From positions 502 to 64,501 of the forward strand of contig JBPCTD010000082.1 of NCBI GenBank assembly GCA_051006515.1: a stretch of DNA of 64,000 nucleotides, written 5' to 3'. The stretch comes from Candidatus Nanopelagicaceae bacterium (GTDB taxonomy: Bacteria > Actinomycetota > Actinomycetes > Nanopelagicales > Nanopelagicaceae). Positions 1 to 7,730 of this stretch are shown one piece after another; within the stretch, counting starts at the first letter, position 1, and each line of letters begins with the position of its first letter. The translations under genes and the position numbers were made by a program. Below the pieces are notes generated by a model. It was given only the letters and a program-made list of their open reading frames with translations, made no database searches and was not told the DNA's origin.

Positions 1-519
1 GTATTTGCAGATGGCGGAATTCCACTTCCGTTGCCACCAGGAATGACTGTTGAACAAGTGATGCCATTTGTTCTTGGCCCAGCGCTTGAAAGACTTTCAA
101 TGACTTTTGATAGTAAAGAGGCATATAGAGATTATTGGAAAGTACATCCAGCGCTACAACGCGGTTGGGGTTCGGTGATGGAAGAGTATGTTGATTACGA
201 TCTTAGAGATGGTAAGCCATCAACAAGTGCGCAAGCTGTCGAAGAAGATTCCAGAGATTTATTTGGAGATGATTTAGTTTCCAGATCACTTCGTAGCCTA
301 AAAGAAGAAACTTTATTTATCAGAGCCCCTCGTGGTTTGCAGAATGAAGAAGGTGGGCTGTATCCGCTGCCAATTTTGGAAGCTAATTTAAAAGATTATC
401 CAATGCTTAAACTCCTTAATTTAGTGGATGTTAACCACTATGAAATGTTCTTAATGGAAGATGGAGCTAGACAAGTGGCGCAGTTAATCTACGGCGAAAA
501 TCACGGAGATAGTCAATGA
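1..519 (+). CDS. alpha/beta-hydrolase-fold protein, C-terminal part (5' end lies outside the window)
   Basis: Frame 1 is open from base 1 to the TGA at 517-519. It shares an ATGA stop/start overlap with the next gene. The family assignment rests only on general C-terminal resemblance (VDVNHYEM His region) and is weak. Confidence 0.4.
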   Translation, partial: VFADGGIPLPLPPGMTVEQVMPFVLGPALERLSMTFDSKEAYRDYWKVHPALQRGWGSVMEEYVDYDLRDGKPSTSAQAVEEDSRDLFGDDLVSRSLRSLKEETLFIRAPRGLQNEEGGLYPLPILEANLKDYPMLKLLNLVDVNHYEMFLMEDGARQVAQLIYGENHGDSQ

Positions 520-1313
520 CACTTAAAGGTCGCAGAGCATTTATTACCGGTTCTTTTCAAGGTATTGGACTTGGTATTGCTAACGAATTAGCTAAAGCAG
601 GTGCAGATATTGTGCTGCACGGATTAGCTAGTGATGAAGTAATTTCTGCGGCTGAGAAGCAGATAAGAGCACATGGCGTTAAAGTCGAATCCAAGGTATC
701 AGATTTACGCGATGCTGCTGCCACCGAGAAGTTGATTGAGAAAATTTTGGCTGGCGGCCCAGTGGATATTCTCTGTAATAACGCAGGGATTCAACACACA
801 GCGCCAACTGCTGAAATGCCACGAGAGAAGTGGAACGACATTATTGCAATCAATTTAGAATCTTTCTTCGACACGATGCGCCTGCTGCTACCGCAGATGG
901 CAGAACGCGGTTACGGTCGCGTGATTAATACCGCTTCGGTACATGGACTAGTGGCATCTGTCGCGAAAGCGCCATATGTATCAGCTAAACATGGCGTCAT
1001 CGGTTTAACTCGTGTAACAGCGCTCGAATATGCCGATAAAGGAAGTCGTGAAAGTGGTGGCGTTACCGTAAATGCGATTTGTCCAGGCTGGGTGGAAACT
1101 GCGCTAATTGAACCGCAGATTCAAGCTCGCGCTGACAAATTTGGCGGCGATCGCGTAAAAGGAATTGCTGATTTGTTATCAGAGAAACAACCATCAAGAA
1201 GGCTTGCTACGCCAGAAGATATCGGAGCGCTGGCCGTATTTTTATGCTCTAAAGCGGCACATAACATCACAGGAGCTGCAATTCCAGTCGACGGCGGTTG
1301 GACATCACAATGA
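516..1313 (+). CDS. bdhA: short-chain dehydrogenase/reductase, 3-hydroxybutyrate dehydrogenase-like
   Basis: Has the TGSxxGIG dinucleotide motif, NNAGIQH, the catalytic S...YVSAKHG (YxxxK) and a DGGWTSQ C-terminus typical of BdhA-type SDRs. Confidence 0.7.
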   Translation: MTLKGRRAFITGSFQGIGLGIANELAKAGADIVLHGLASDEVISAAEKQIRAHGVKVESKVSDLRDAAATEKLIEKILAGGPVDILCNNAGIQHTAPTAEMPREKWNDIIAINLESFFDTMRLLLPQMAERGYGRVINTASVHGLVASVAKAPYVSAKHGVIGLTRVTALEYADKGSRESGGVTVNAICPGWVETALIEPQIQARADKFGGDRVKGIADLLSEKQPSRRLATPEDIGALAVFLCSKAAHNITGAAIPVDGGWTSQ

Positions 1314-2179
1314 GTAAATTAACTTTTAAAAACGCAATCGCGATTGAAAAACCACTTCAAGTCATTGGTGCGATAAATGCCAATCATGCATTACTTGCTG
1401 AGCAAGCTGGTTACAAAGCAATCTACTTAAGTGGCGGCGGTGTAGCCGCAGGTTCGTTAGGTATTCCAGACTTAGGAATTACTACATTGGATGATGTCTT
1501 AACTGATGTTCGAAGAATCACCAATGTATGCCAATTACCTTTACTTGTGGATATTGATACTGGTTTTGGTACTACGGCATTCAATATTGGTCGCACCATT
1601 AAAGAGGTTGAAAAAGCAGGCGCTTCTGCAGTTCATTTGGAGGATCAAGTAGCAGCAAAACGTTGCGGCCACCGACCAAATAAGGAGATTGTCAGCTGCA
1701 ATGAGATGGTAGATCGGATTAAAGCGGCAGTTGATGCTAAATCAAATAGCGAATTCACAATCATGGCTCGTACTGACGCGCTGGCAAATGAGGGCTTAGA
1801 TGCCGCTTTAGATCGCGTGCGTCAATATGTGGCAGCAGGCGCCGACATGATTTTCCCCGAAGCAGTTGGTGATTTGGAAACTTACAAGAAGTTCCGAGAA
1901 GCAGCCGGAGTTCCAATTTTGGCTAACATCACCGAATTCGGAAAGACGCCGCTCTTTACTTTGGCGGAATTACGTAGCGTTGATGTTGATGTGGTTTTAT
2001 ATCCGTTATCTGCATTTAGAGCGATGAACAAAGCAGCGGAATTGGTTTACAAAACAATCCGAAGCGAAGGTACCCAGAAGAATATTTTGCCGCATATGCA
2101 AACTAGGGAAGAGCTGTATCAAGCTATAGATTATTATCGATACGAAGCTGAATTGGATAAGTATCAACAAGGCAAATGA
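1310..2179 (+). CDS. prpB: methylisocitrate lyase
   Basis: Isocitrate-lyase/PEP-mutase fold with the [12 protein letters not shown] active-site motif. The ATG at 1310 overlaps the upstream TGA (ATGA). The ORF-track start at 1298 is a TTG further upstream. Confidence 0.9.
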   Translation: MSKLTFKNAIAIEKPLQVIGAINANHALLAEQAGYKAIYLSGGGVAAGSLGIPDLGITTLDDVLTDVRRITNVCQLPLLVDIDTGFGTTAFNIGRTIKEVEKAGASAVHLEDQVAAKRCGHRPNKEIVSCNEMVDRIKAAVDAKSNSEFTIMARTDALANEGLDAALDRVRQYVAAGADMIFPEAVGDLETYKKFREAAGVPILANITEFGKTPLFTLAELRSVDVDVVLYPLSAFRAMNKAAELVYKTIRSEGTQKNILPHMQTREELYQAIDYYRYEAELDKYQQGK

Positions 2180-3306
2180 GCGAATTTAAACCAAAGAAAT
2201 CTGTTGCCTTATCGGGAGTAGTTGCCGGAAATACTGCTATCTGCACAGTTGGTCGAAATGGCAATGATCTTCACTATCGCGGCTTCGATATTGCAGATTT
2301 GGCTAAACATTGCCAATTTGAAGAGGTCGCACATTTATTAATTTACGGGTTTCTACCTAATCAAGACGATTTAGCAGAATACATAGCAAGATTAAAAACA
2401 TTACGAGATTTGCCGCCACAAGTTAGAGAAGTTTTAGAGCAGTTACCAGCAACTACTCATCCAATGGATGTCTTGCGTACGGGGGTTTCGGCGCTTGGCA
2501 CGATTGAACCGGAACATGAAAGCCATAGTTCGAAAGGGGCGCAAGCAATTGCCGATCGGCTAATAAGTGCTACGCCATCGATGCTCTGCTATTGGTACCA
2601 CTTTGCAAATAACGGCAAACGAATTGAATGTAGCACTGATGCAGAGACTATCGGTGCACACTTTTTACAGCTTTTGCATGGTGAAAAACCAAGCAATGAG
2701 TGGGAAGAAGCAATGCGAGTTTCATTGATTCTCTATGCCGAGCACGAATTTAATGCGTCAACTTTCACTGCTCGCGTTATTGCAGGCACTGGTAGCGATA
2801 TTTATTCTGCAATTACTGGCGCTATCGGAGCGCTTCGTGGTCCAAAACATGGTGGCGCTAATGAAGTGGCGTTAGAAATCCAGGAACGTTATGCCGATGC
2901 CAATGAAGCTGAAACTGACATCAGAAAACGAGTCGAAAACAAAGAGGTAATTATTGGTTTTGGCCATCCGGTTTACACCATCTCAGATCCTAGAAACCCA
3001 ATTATCAAAGAGGTTGCCAAGAATTTAAGTTCCGATAACCGAGTGCTATTTGAGATTGCTGAACGGCTAGAGAGCGTGATGTGGGAACTGAAGAAGATGT
3101 TTCCAAATTTAGATTGGTTTAGCGCAGTTGCTTATCATGAGATGAAAATACCCACTGCGTTCTTCACACCGATATTTGTGATTTCACGAATCACGGGTTG
3201 GTCTGCCCATGTAATTGAACAACGAGAAGATGGAAAGATAATCAGACCATCAGCTAATTACATTGGTCCAGAAGATGAAAAGTTCATAACAATAGAGGAG
3301 CGTTAA
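2176..3306 (+). CDS. prpC: 2-methylcitrate synthase
   Basis: Citrate-synthase family ([22 protein letters not shown] motifs). It sits between prpB and prpD with an ATGA overlap. Confidence 0.9.
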   Translation: MSEFKPKKSVALSGVVAGNTAICTVGRNGNDLHYRGFDIADLAKHCQFEEVAHLLIYGFLPNQDDLAEYIARLKTLRDLPPQVREVLEQLPATTHPMDVLRTGVSALGTIEPEHESHSSKGAQAIADRLISATPSMLCYWYHFANNGKRIECSTDAETIGAHFLQLLHGEKPSNEWEEAMRVSLILYAEHEFNASTFTARVIAGTGSDIYSAITGAIGALRGPKHGGANEVALEIQERYADANEAETDIRKRVENKEVIIGFGHPVYTISDPRNPIIKEVAKNLSSDNRVLFEIAERLESVMWELKKMFPNLDWFSAVAYHEMKIPTAFFTPIFVISRITGWSAHVIEQREDGKIIRPSANYIGPEDEKFITIEER

Positions 3307-4749
3307 TTGTCTGCACAGGTAACTAAGAACAATCAACCATTTGATCAAGAGATCCAAGATATTGTTGATTACGCTCTTAATTATGAAGTGAAATCTGATC
3401 TGGCTTATAAGACTGCATGGTCCTGCTTGCTAGATACGATCGGTTGCGGTCTGGAATCTTTGGAATATCCAGCTTGCACGAAGTTACTTGGACCACTGGT
3501 ACCTGGTACCAAAGTTGATAAAGGTGTTCGAGTACCTGGAACAAATTATGAGCTAGATGTGGTTCAAGGTGCATTCAATATCGGTACCGCAATTCGTTGG
3601 TTAGATTTCAATGACACTTGGTTAGCAGCAGAGTGGGGACATCCAAGCGATAACTTAGGTGGCATATTGGCAGTTGCGGATTGGTTAAATCGCACCGGAC
3701 AAAAAGTCATTACAGTCAAAGATGTACTTACTGCCATGATTAAAGCTCATGAGATTCAAGGTTGCATTGCACTTGAAAATTCATTTAATAAAGTCGGCCT
3801 TGATCACGTAATTTTGGTTAAAGTTGCATCAACTGCAGTTGTTTGTCAGATGATGGGCTTAACTAGAGAAGAAACTTTAAATGCAGTCTCACTTGCATGG
3901 ATCGATGGGCAATCTCTTAGAACTTATCGCCATTATCCAAATGCAGGTTCACGTAAATCATGGGCAGCAGGCGATGCCACATCTCGCGCCGTTCGCTTAG
4001 CTTTAATGGCCAAAGTAGGAGAGATGGGTTATCCCTCAGCATTAACTGCAAAAGTCTGGGGCTTTTACGATGTTTCATTTAAAGGAAATCATTTTAAATT
4101 TCAGCGCCCTTATGGCAGTTACGTCATGGAAAACGTGTTATTTAAAATTTCGTTTCCAGCGGAGTTTCATTCACAGACCGCTTGCGAAGCAGCATTCCAG
4201 CTTTATCAATGGATGAAAGATAACGGCAAGAGCAGTGATGACATCAAGAAAGTCACTATCCGTACTCATGAAGCTTGCATCCGAATTATTGATAAGAAAG
4301 GCCCATTAAATAACCCAGCAGACCGAGATCATTGTGTTCAGTACATGGTCGCCGTGCCGCTGATATTTGGTCGATTAACTGCAAAAGATTACGAAGATGA
4401 AATTGCCGCAGATCCAAGAATCGATGCGCTACGTGAAAAGATGGTCTGCGTTGAAGATCAGTCTTTTACGGCAGATTACTTTGATCCAGAAAAGCGCAGC
4501 ATTGCTAATGCTCTAACTATTGAATTTAATGATGGCACTATGAGCGACGAGTTTGTGGTGGAGTATCCGGTTGGACATAGACGTCGTCGCGAAGAAGGGC
4601 TTCCGCTTTTAATTGCAAAGTATCAGAAGAATCTAAGAAGAGTTTTTAACGAGGAAGTTGCGAAAAATATAGAGAAAGTTTCGCTGGACATTGACCACTT
4701 GCTTACAATGAAAGCTGATGATTTCGTTTCACTATTTGTTATTAAGTAA
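3307..4749 (+). CDS. prpD: 2-methylcitrate dehydratase
   Basis: 480-aa MmgE/PrpD family protein. The TTG start follows directly after the prpC TAA. Confidence 0.88.
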   Translation: MSAQVTKNNQPFDQEIQDIVDYALNYEVKSDLAYKTAWSCLLDTIGCGLESLEYPACTKLLGPLVPGTKVDKGVRVPGTNYELDVVQGAFNIGTAIRWLDFNDTWLAAEWGHPSDNLGGILAVADWLNRTGQKVITVKDVLTAMIKAHEIQGCIALENSFNKVGLDHVILVKVASTAVVCQMMGLTREETLNAVSLAWIDGQSLRTYRHYPNAGSRKSWAAGDATSRAVRLALMAKVGEMGYPSALTAKVWGFYDVSFKGNHFKFQRPYGSYVMENVLFKISFPAEFHSQTACEAAFQLYQWMKDNGKSSDDIKKVTIRTHEACIRIIDKKGPLNNPADRDHCVQYMVAVPLIFGRLTAKDYEDEIAADPRIDALREKMVCVEDQSFTADYFDPEKRSIANALTIEFNDGTMSDEFVVEYPVGHRRRREEGLPLLIAKYQKNLRRVFNEEVAKNIEKVSLDIDHLLTMKADDFVSLFVIK

Positions 4750-4767
4750 ACATACTTTCGAAATTCA

Positions 4768-5391
4768 TTAGCGAACACTGCGAAGAACCGCAGTTACCTT
4801 ACCTAGGATCTCGCAATCATCACCATTGATTGGTTGATAGGCAGGATTTGCAGGTAATAACCAGATATGTCCATCTTTACGAGAAAATGTTTTAACAGTT
4901 GCTTCGCCATCAATCATTGCAGCAACAATTTCACCTTTTTCACATGTCTTCTGTGAACGGATAACCACGAAATCGCCATCGCAGATCGCAGCTTCAATCA
5001 TTGAATCGCCAACGACTTTGAGCATAAACAATTCGCCGCTTCCGACAATTGACTCGGGAAGCGGGAAGGTCTCTTCGATGTGCTGTTCAGCAAGTATCGG
5101 TCCACCTGCAGCGATGCGGCCAACTAGTGGAATCTGGCGAGAGCGATCAGCGATCACATTGGAGTCTGATACGACGACCTCGATGGCGCGACCCAGGGCG
5201 GCATCGCGGCGGATAAAGCCCGCCTCTTCGAGCGCCTTTAACTGGTACTGAACGGAAGCCGAGCTTGATAGCCCAGCGGCCTCTCCGATCTCACGAATCG
5301 ATGGGGGATAACCGTTATTTCGGATGCCCTCCTGGATAGCCGAGAGAATCTTGACCTGGCGGGCGGAGAGCCCCGATTGATCTTTGCTCAT
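4768..5391 (-). CDS. lexA: SOS repressor LexA
   Basis: N-terminal winged HTH (PSIREIGEAAGLSSSASVQYQLKALE), an AAG cleavage site and the S24 peptidase motif GDSM...K. Confidence 0.95.
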   Translation of the reverse strand: MSKDQSGLSARQVKILSAIQEGIRNNGYPPSIREIGEAAGLSSSASVQYQLKALEEAGFIRRDAALGRAIEVVVSDSNVIADRSRQIPLVGRIAAGGPILAEQHIEETFPLPESIVGSGELFMLKVVGDSMIEAAICDGDFVVIRSQKTCEKGEIVAAMIDGEATVKTFSRKDGHIWLLPANPAYQPINGDDCEILGKVTAVLRSVR

Positions 5392-5422
5392 GCCCTAAGG
5401 GTGACATATCTTGGAAAAAAAT

Positions 5423-5438
5423 TCAAACATTTGTTCGA
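5423..5438. promoter_or_regulatory. SOS box (LexA operator), lexA-proximal
   Basis: TCAAAC-ATTT-GTTCGA has one mismatch to the actinobacterial TCGAAC-N4-GTTCGA consensus. It lies 32 nt upstream of the lexA ATG. Confidence 0.75.
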
Positions 5439-5483
5439 AATTTTCTTGACCTTTGTCGTAGGGGTGCTCTATCGTTCTCTTAT

Positions 5484-5499
5484 TCGAACAGGTGTTCGA
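5484..5499. promoter_or_regulatory. SOS box (LexA operator), LysM-gene-proximal
   Basis: A perfect palindrome, TCGAAC-AGGT-GTTCGA, lies 71 nt upstream of the 5570 ATG. Confidence 0.85.
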
Positions 5500-5569
5500 A
5501 TACAGGAAACCTTCCCCGGATTCCTAACTCAGAGCAATGAAATAAGTGAGAAAAGTAGGAGTTACATAG

Positions 5570-5923
5570 ATGAGAAACCACAAGAATAACCGTCGTAGCC
5601 GTCAAGCAAATATCCGCCTTGCCCGCTTCCTTGTGGTCCTCTCGCTAACCACAGTATTCGGGGCTGGTTTTGCAATGCAGGCTGGAGCAGGCTCTAAGGC
5701 CTCACTGGAACAGAGCCAAATCCAAAGTAAGAGTTTTGTGACCATCACAATCGCACCTGGTGAGAGCTTATGGTCGATTGCAAAGTCCATCAGTCAGTCC
5801 CAAGCCAGCCAATCCCAGGAAGGGGTAGATCCACGCCAGCTGGTTGATCAGATCATGACAGTTAATGGCCTAGCTTCTGCGCAACTTCCTGCAGGTAGCC
5901 AAATTCGCGTGCCGCTTAACTAG
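5570..5923 (+). CDS. ChiZ-like membrane protein with a C-terminal LysM domain (SOS-regulated candidate)
   Basis: Arg-rich N-terminus, one TM helix (FLVVLSLTTVFGAGFAM) and a LysM-like C-terminus (ITIAPGESLWSIAK...VNGL...LPAGSQIRVP). It is divergent from lexA, as Rv2719c is in mycobacteria. Confidence 0.7.
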   Translation: MRNHKNNRRSRQANIRLARFLVVLSLTTVFGAGFAMQAGAGSKASLEQSQIQSKSFVTITIAPGESLWSIAKSISQSQASQSQEGVDPRQLVDQIMTVNGLASAQLPAGSQIRVPLN

Positions 5924-5973
5924 CAAAACACTCTTTTCCTGATTTTTTCCACCCCGTGTAGCCTTTTCTCCTT

Positions 5974-6972
5974 ATGAGAAAGCTCCTCTCTCTATTTGCA
6001 GCTCTGGCGATGGCCACCACCATCCTGCCGGCGGCAAAGGCTGCCCCGACCGTGGCTGAGATTCAACGCCAGGTCAATGAGCTACGCGAAGAGGCGGCGG
6101 GAAAGTATGAAGCGGCAAATGGAGTCAAGTATCAGATCTCCAAATTGCAGCGAGAGCTAAATGGCCTAAAGCAGGGCGAAGCAGCTGCCAATGCCAAAGC
6201 TGAGAAGTTAAAGAGCGAGATCTCAAAGTTAGCAATTGAAAATTATAAAAATGGTGGATTAGGAAATGGTCTGGAGCTCTTACTTTCAAGAGACCCTTCC
6301 AAATATTTATCTGATGCTTCAATGTTAGATGTTTTAGCGCAGCGATATTCCACAAAACTCAGACAGTTAAAGACATATCAGCAAGGTTTGCAATCAAGCC
6401 AATTGGTAGTTTCAGATCGCACTGCACAATTACAGGCAGCCCAAAAAAGACTTGAAAAACAAGTGGCTTCAGCTAATGCCGCACTTAAAAAAGCCGAGAA
6501 ATTACTGGCTAATTTAAAGGCAGAAGAGCGCGCAAAATTATTAGCAGCTGATGATGCAGAGCAGAAGAAAATTCTCGCCGAATCAAAGCGATTAGCAGCA
6601 CTTTATGCTGGTGGTTCCACAAAAGGTGCAATTGCACTTCGTTATGCCCTTGATCAATTGGGCGATATATATGTTTGGGCCGGCGCTGGTCCAACTAAAT
6701 GGGATTGCAGTGGACTTACGATGCGCGCCTTTCAAAGAGCGGGAGTATCAATGCCGCACTTTGCCGCAGCGCAATTTAGATATGGAAAGAACATTCCCAG
6801 AAGCGCGCTCGCTCCTGGTGATTTAGTTTTCTTTGGTCGACCAATTAGCCACGTCGGTATTTATATGGGCAAGGGAAAGATGGTTCATGCCCCGCGCCCA
6901 GGTAAGCGAGTTGAGATTGCGACCGCCTTTAGCTTGGGTCGTAAGCCATTCGTTGGCGCTAAACGTCTCTAG
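5974..6972 (+). CDS. secreted NlpC/P60 peptidoglycan endopeptidase with N-terminal coiled coil (RipA-like)
   Basis: Signal peptide, a long heptad-rich region and a C-terminal NlpC/P60 domain (YVWAGAGPTKWDCSGL...ISHVGIYMG...VHAP). Confidence 0.85.
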   Translation: MRKLLSLFAALAMATTILPAAKAAPTVAEIQRQVNELREEAAGKYEAANGVKYQISKLQRELNGLKQGEAAANAKAEKLKSEISKLAIENYKNGGLGNGLELLLSRDPSKYLSDASMLDVLAQRYSTKLRQLKTYQQGLQSSQLVVSDRTAQLQAAQKRLEKQVASANAALKKAEKLLANLKAEERAKLLAADDAEQKKILAESKRLAALYAGGSTKGAIALRYALDQLGDIYVWAGAGPTKWDCSGLTMRAFQRAGVSMPHFAAAQFRYGKNIPRSALAPGDLVFFGRPISHVGIYMGKGKMVHAPRPGKRVEIATAFSLGRKPFVGAKRL

Positions 6973-6990
6973 CGTCTCTAGCGTCTATAG
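6964..6990 (+). repeat. 3 x 9-bp tandem repeat (cgtctctag / cgtctctag / cgtctatag) spanning the stop codon
   Basis: Read directly from the sequence. Each unit ends in an in-frame TAG, giving three consecutive in-frame stops for the preceding gene. Confidence 0.9.
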
Positions 6991-7032
6991 CGTTCAATAA
7001 ATTTTCGATTTTGGCGTGTCGCGCCGACCCTA

Positions 7033-7061
7033 CTTGAAAACCCTAAAGTGATGCTTTATGG
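7033..7061 (+). promoter_or_regulatory. candidate promoter of the nrdR-nrdJ unit
   Basis: TTGAAA-N17-TATGGT, spotted by eye only. Confidence 0.35.
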
Positions 7062-7073
7062 TTCTGCTCCTGA

Positions 7074-7089
7074 CCCCAATATCTAGTGG
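7074..7089. promoter_or_regulatory. candidate NrdR box 1
   Basis: cccCaAtATcTaGtgg matches about 12 of 16 positions of the published NrdR-box consensus acaCwAtATaTwGtgt. It lies just downstream of the putative -10. Confidence 0.55.
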
Positions 7090-7105
7090 TATAAGAGCCA
7101 AAACT

Positions 7106-7121
7106 CTCCATTAGTTGTGGT
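7106..7121. promoter_or_regulatory. candidate NrdR box 2 (weaker)
   Basis: tctCcAttAgTtGtgg matches about 9 of 16 positions. It is 32 bp from box 1, the three-helical-turn spacing typical of tandem NrdR boxes. Confidence 0.35.
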
Positions 7122-7203
7122 TTCAGAGGCAGAATTGGGGTAGGTTACCGCCTCCCGCTGTTATAGCTTTAAAGAAAGTTTCAAGTATGAAAGGAGTCAT
7201 TCG

Positions 7204-7689
7204 ATGAACTGCCCATTTTGTAGACACGATGACTCCAGAGTGATCGACTCTCGCGTTGTTGATGATGGCATTCAAATTCGCCGTCGCCGTGAATGCCAAT
7301 AGTGCGGCCAACGATTATCAACTCAAGAGACAGCAATTCTTAATATCATCAAACGCTCTGGCGTTACCGAACCATTTAGCCGCGAGAAGGTAATTAATGG
7401 TGTTCGTAAAGCTTGTCAGGGAAGACCAGTTTCCGAAGATGATCTAGCGCGCCTTGCTATGACTGTCGAAGAGACCCTACGCCGCTCAGGCCAGGCAGAT
7501 ATCGAAGCCCAAGAGGTGGGTATGGCGATACTTGCGCCACTAAAAGAACTAGATGCCGTGGCTTACCTCAGATTTGCTTCGGTATACCGTAACTTTTCTT
7601 CCCTTGCTGACTTCGAAGGTGAAATTTCCCTACTTCGAGAATTCCCTACAGTAGAAAAAACAACCCCGCAAAAAGCTGTTTCTAAATAA
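7204..7689 (+). pseudogene. nrdR: nrdR (RNR transcriptional repressor) interrupted by one in-frame TAG at 7300-7302
   Basis: Translation reads [41 protein letters not shown]...[13 protein letters not shown]. The zinc ribbon and ATP-cone are both recognisable in one frame. The stop sits between the two Cys residues of the second CxxC. Confidence 0.85.
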
Positions 7690-7730
7690 AAAAATAAAAA
7701 TAAATATTCAATACTAGAGAAAGAGCACCA

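Noticed and set aside
7300-7302. Possibility that TAG is reassigned to a sense codon genome-wide (which would explain the nrdR stop)
   Set aside because: TAG terminates neighbouring genes at positions where homologs end (5921-5923, 6970-6972, 48758-48760). Global recoding is therefore not supported. Local readthrough cannot be excluded and is kept in the finding.
7123-7311. 62-aa minus-strand ORF across the nrdR start
   Set aside because: The + strand encodes an unmistakable NrdR zinc ribbon here. The minus ORF is an artefact that appears only because nrdR is split in the ORF track.
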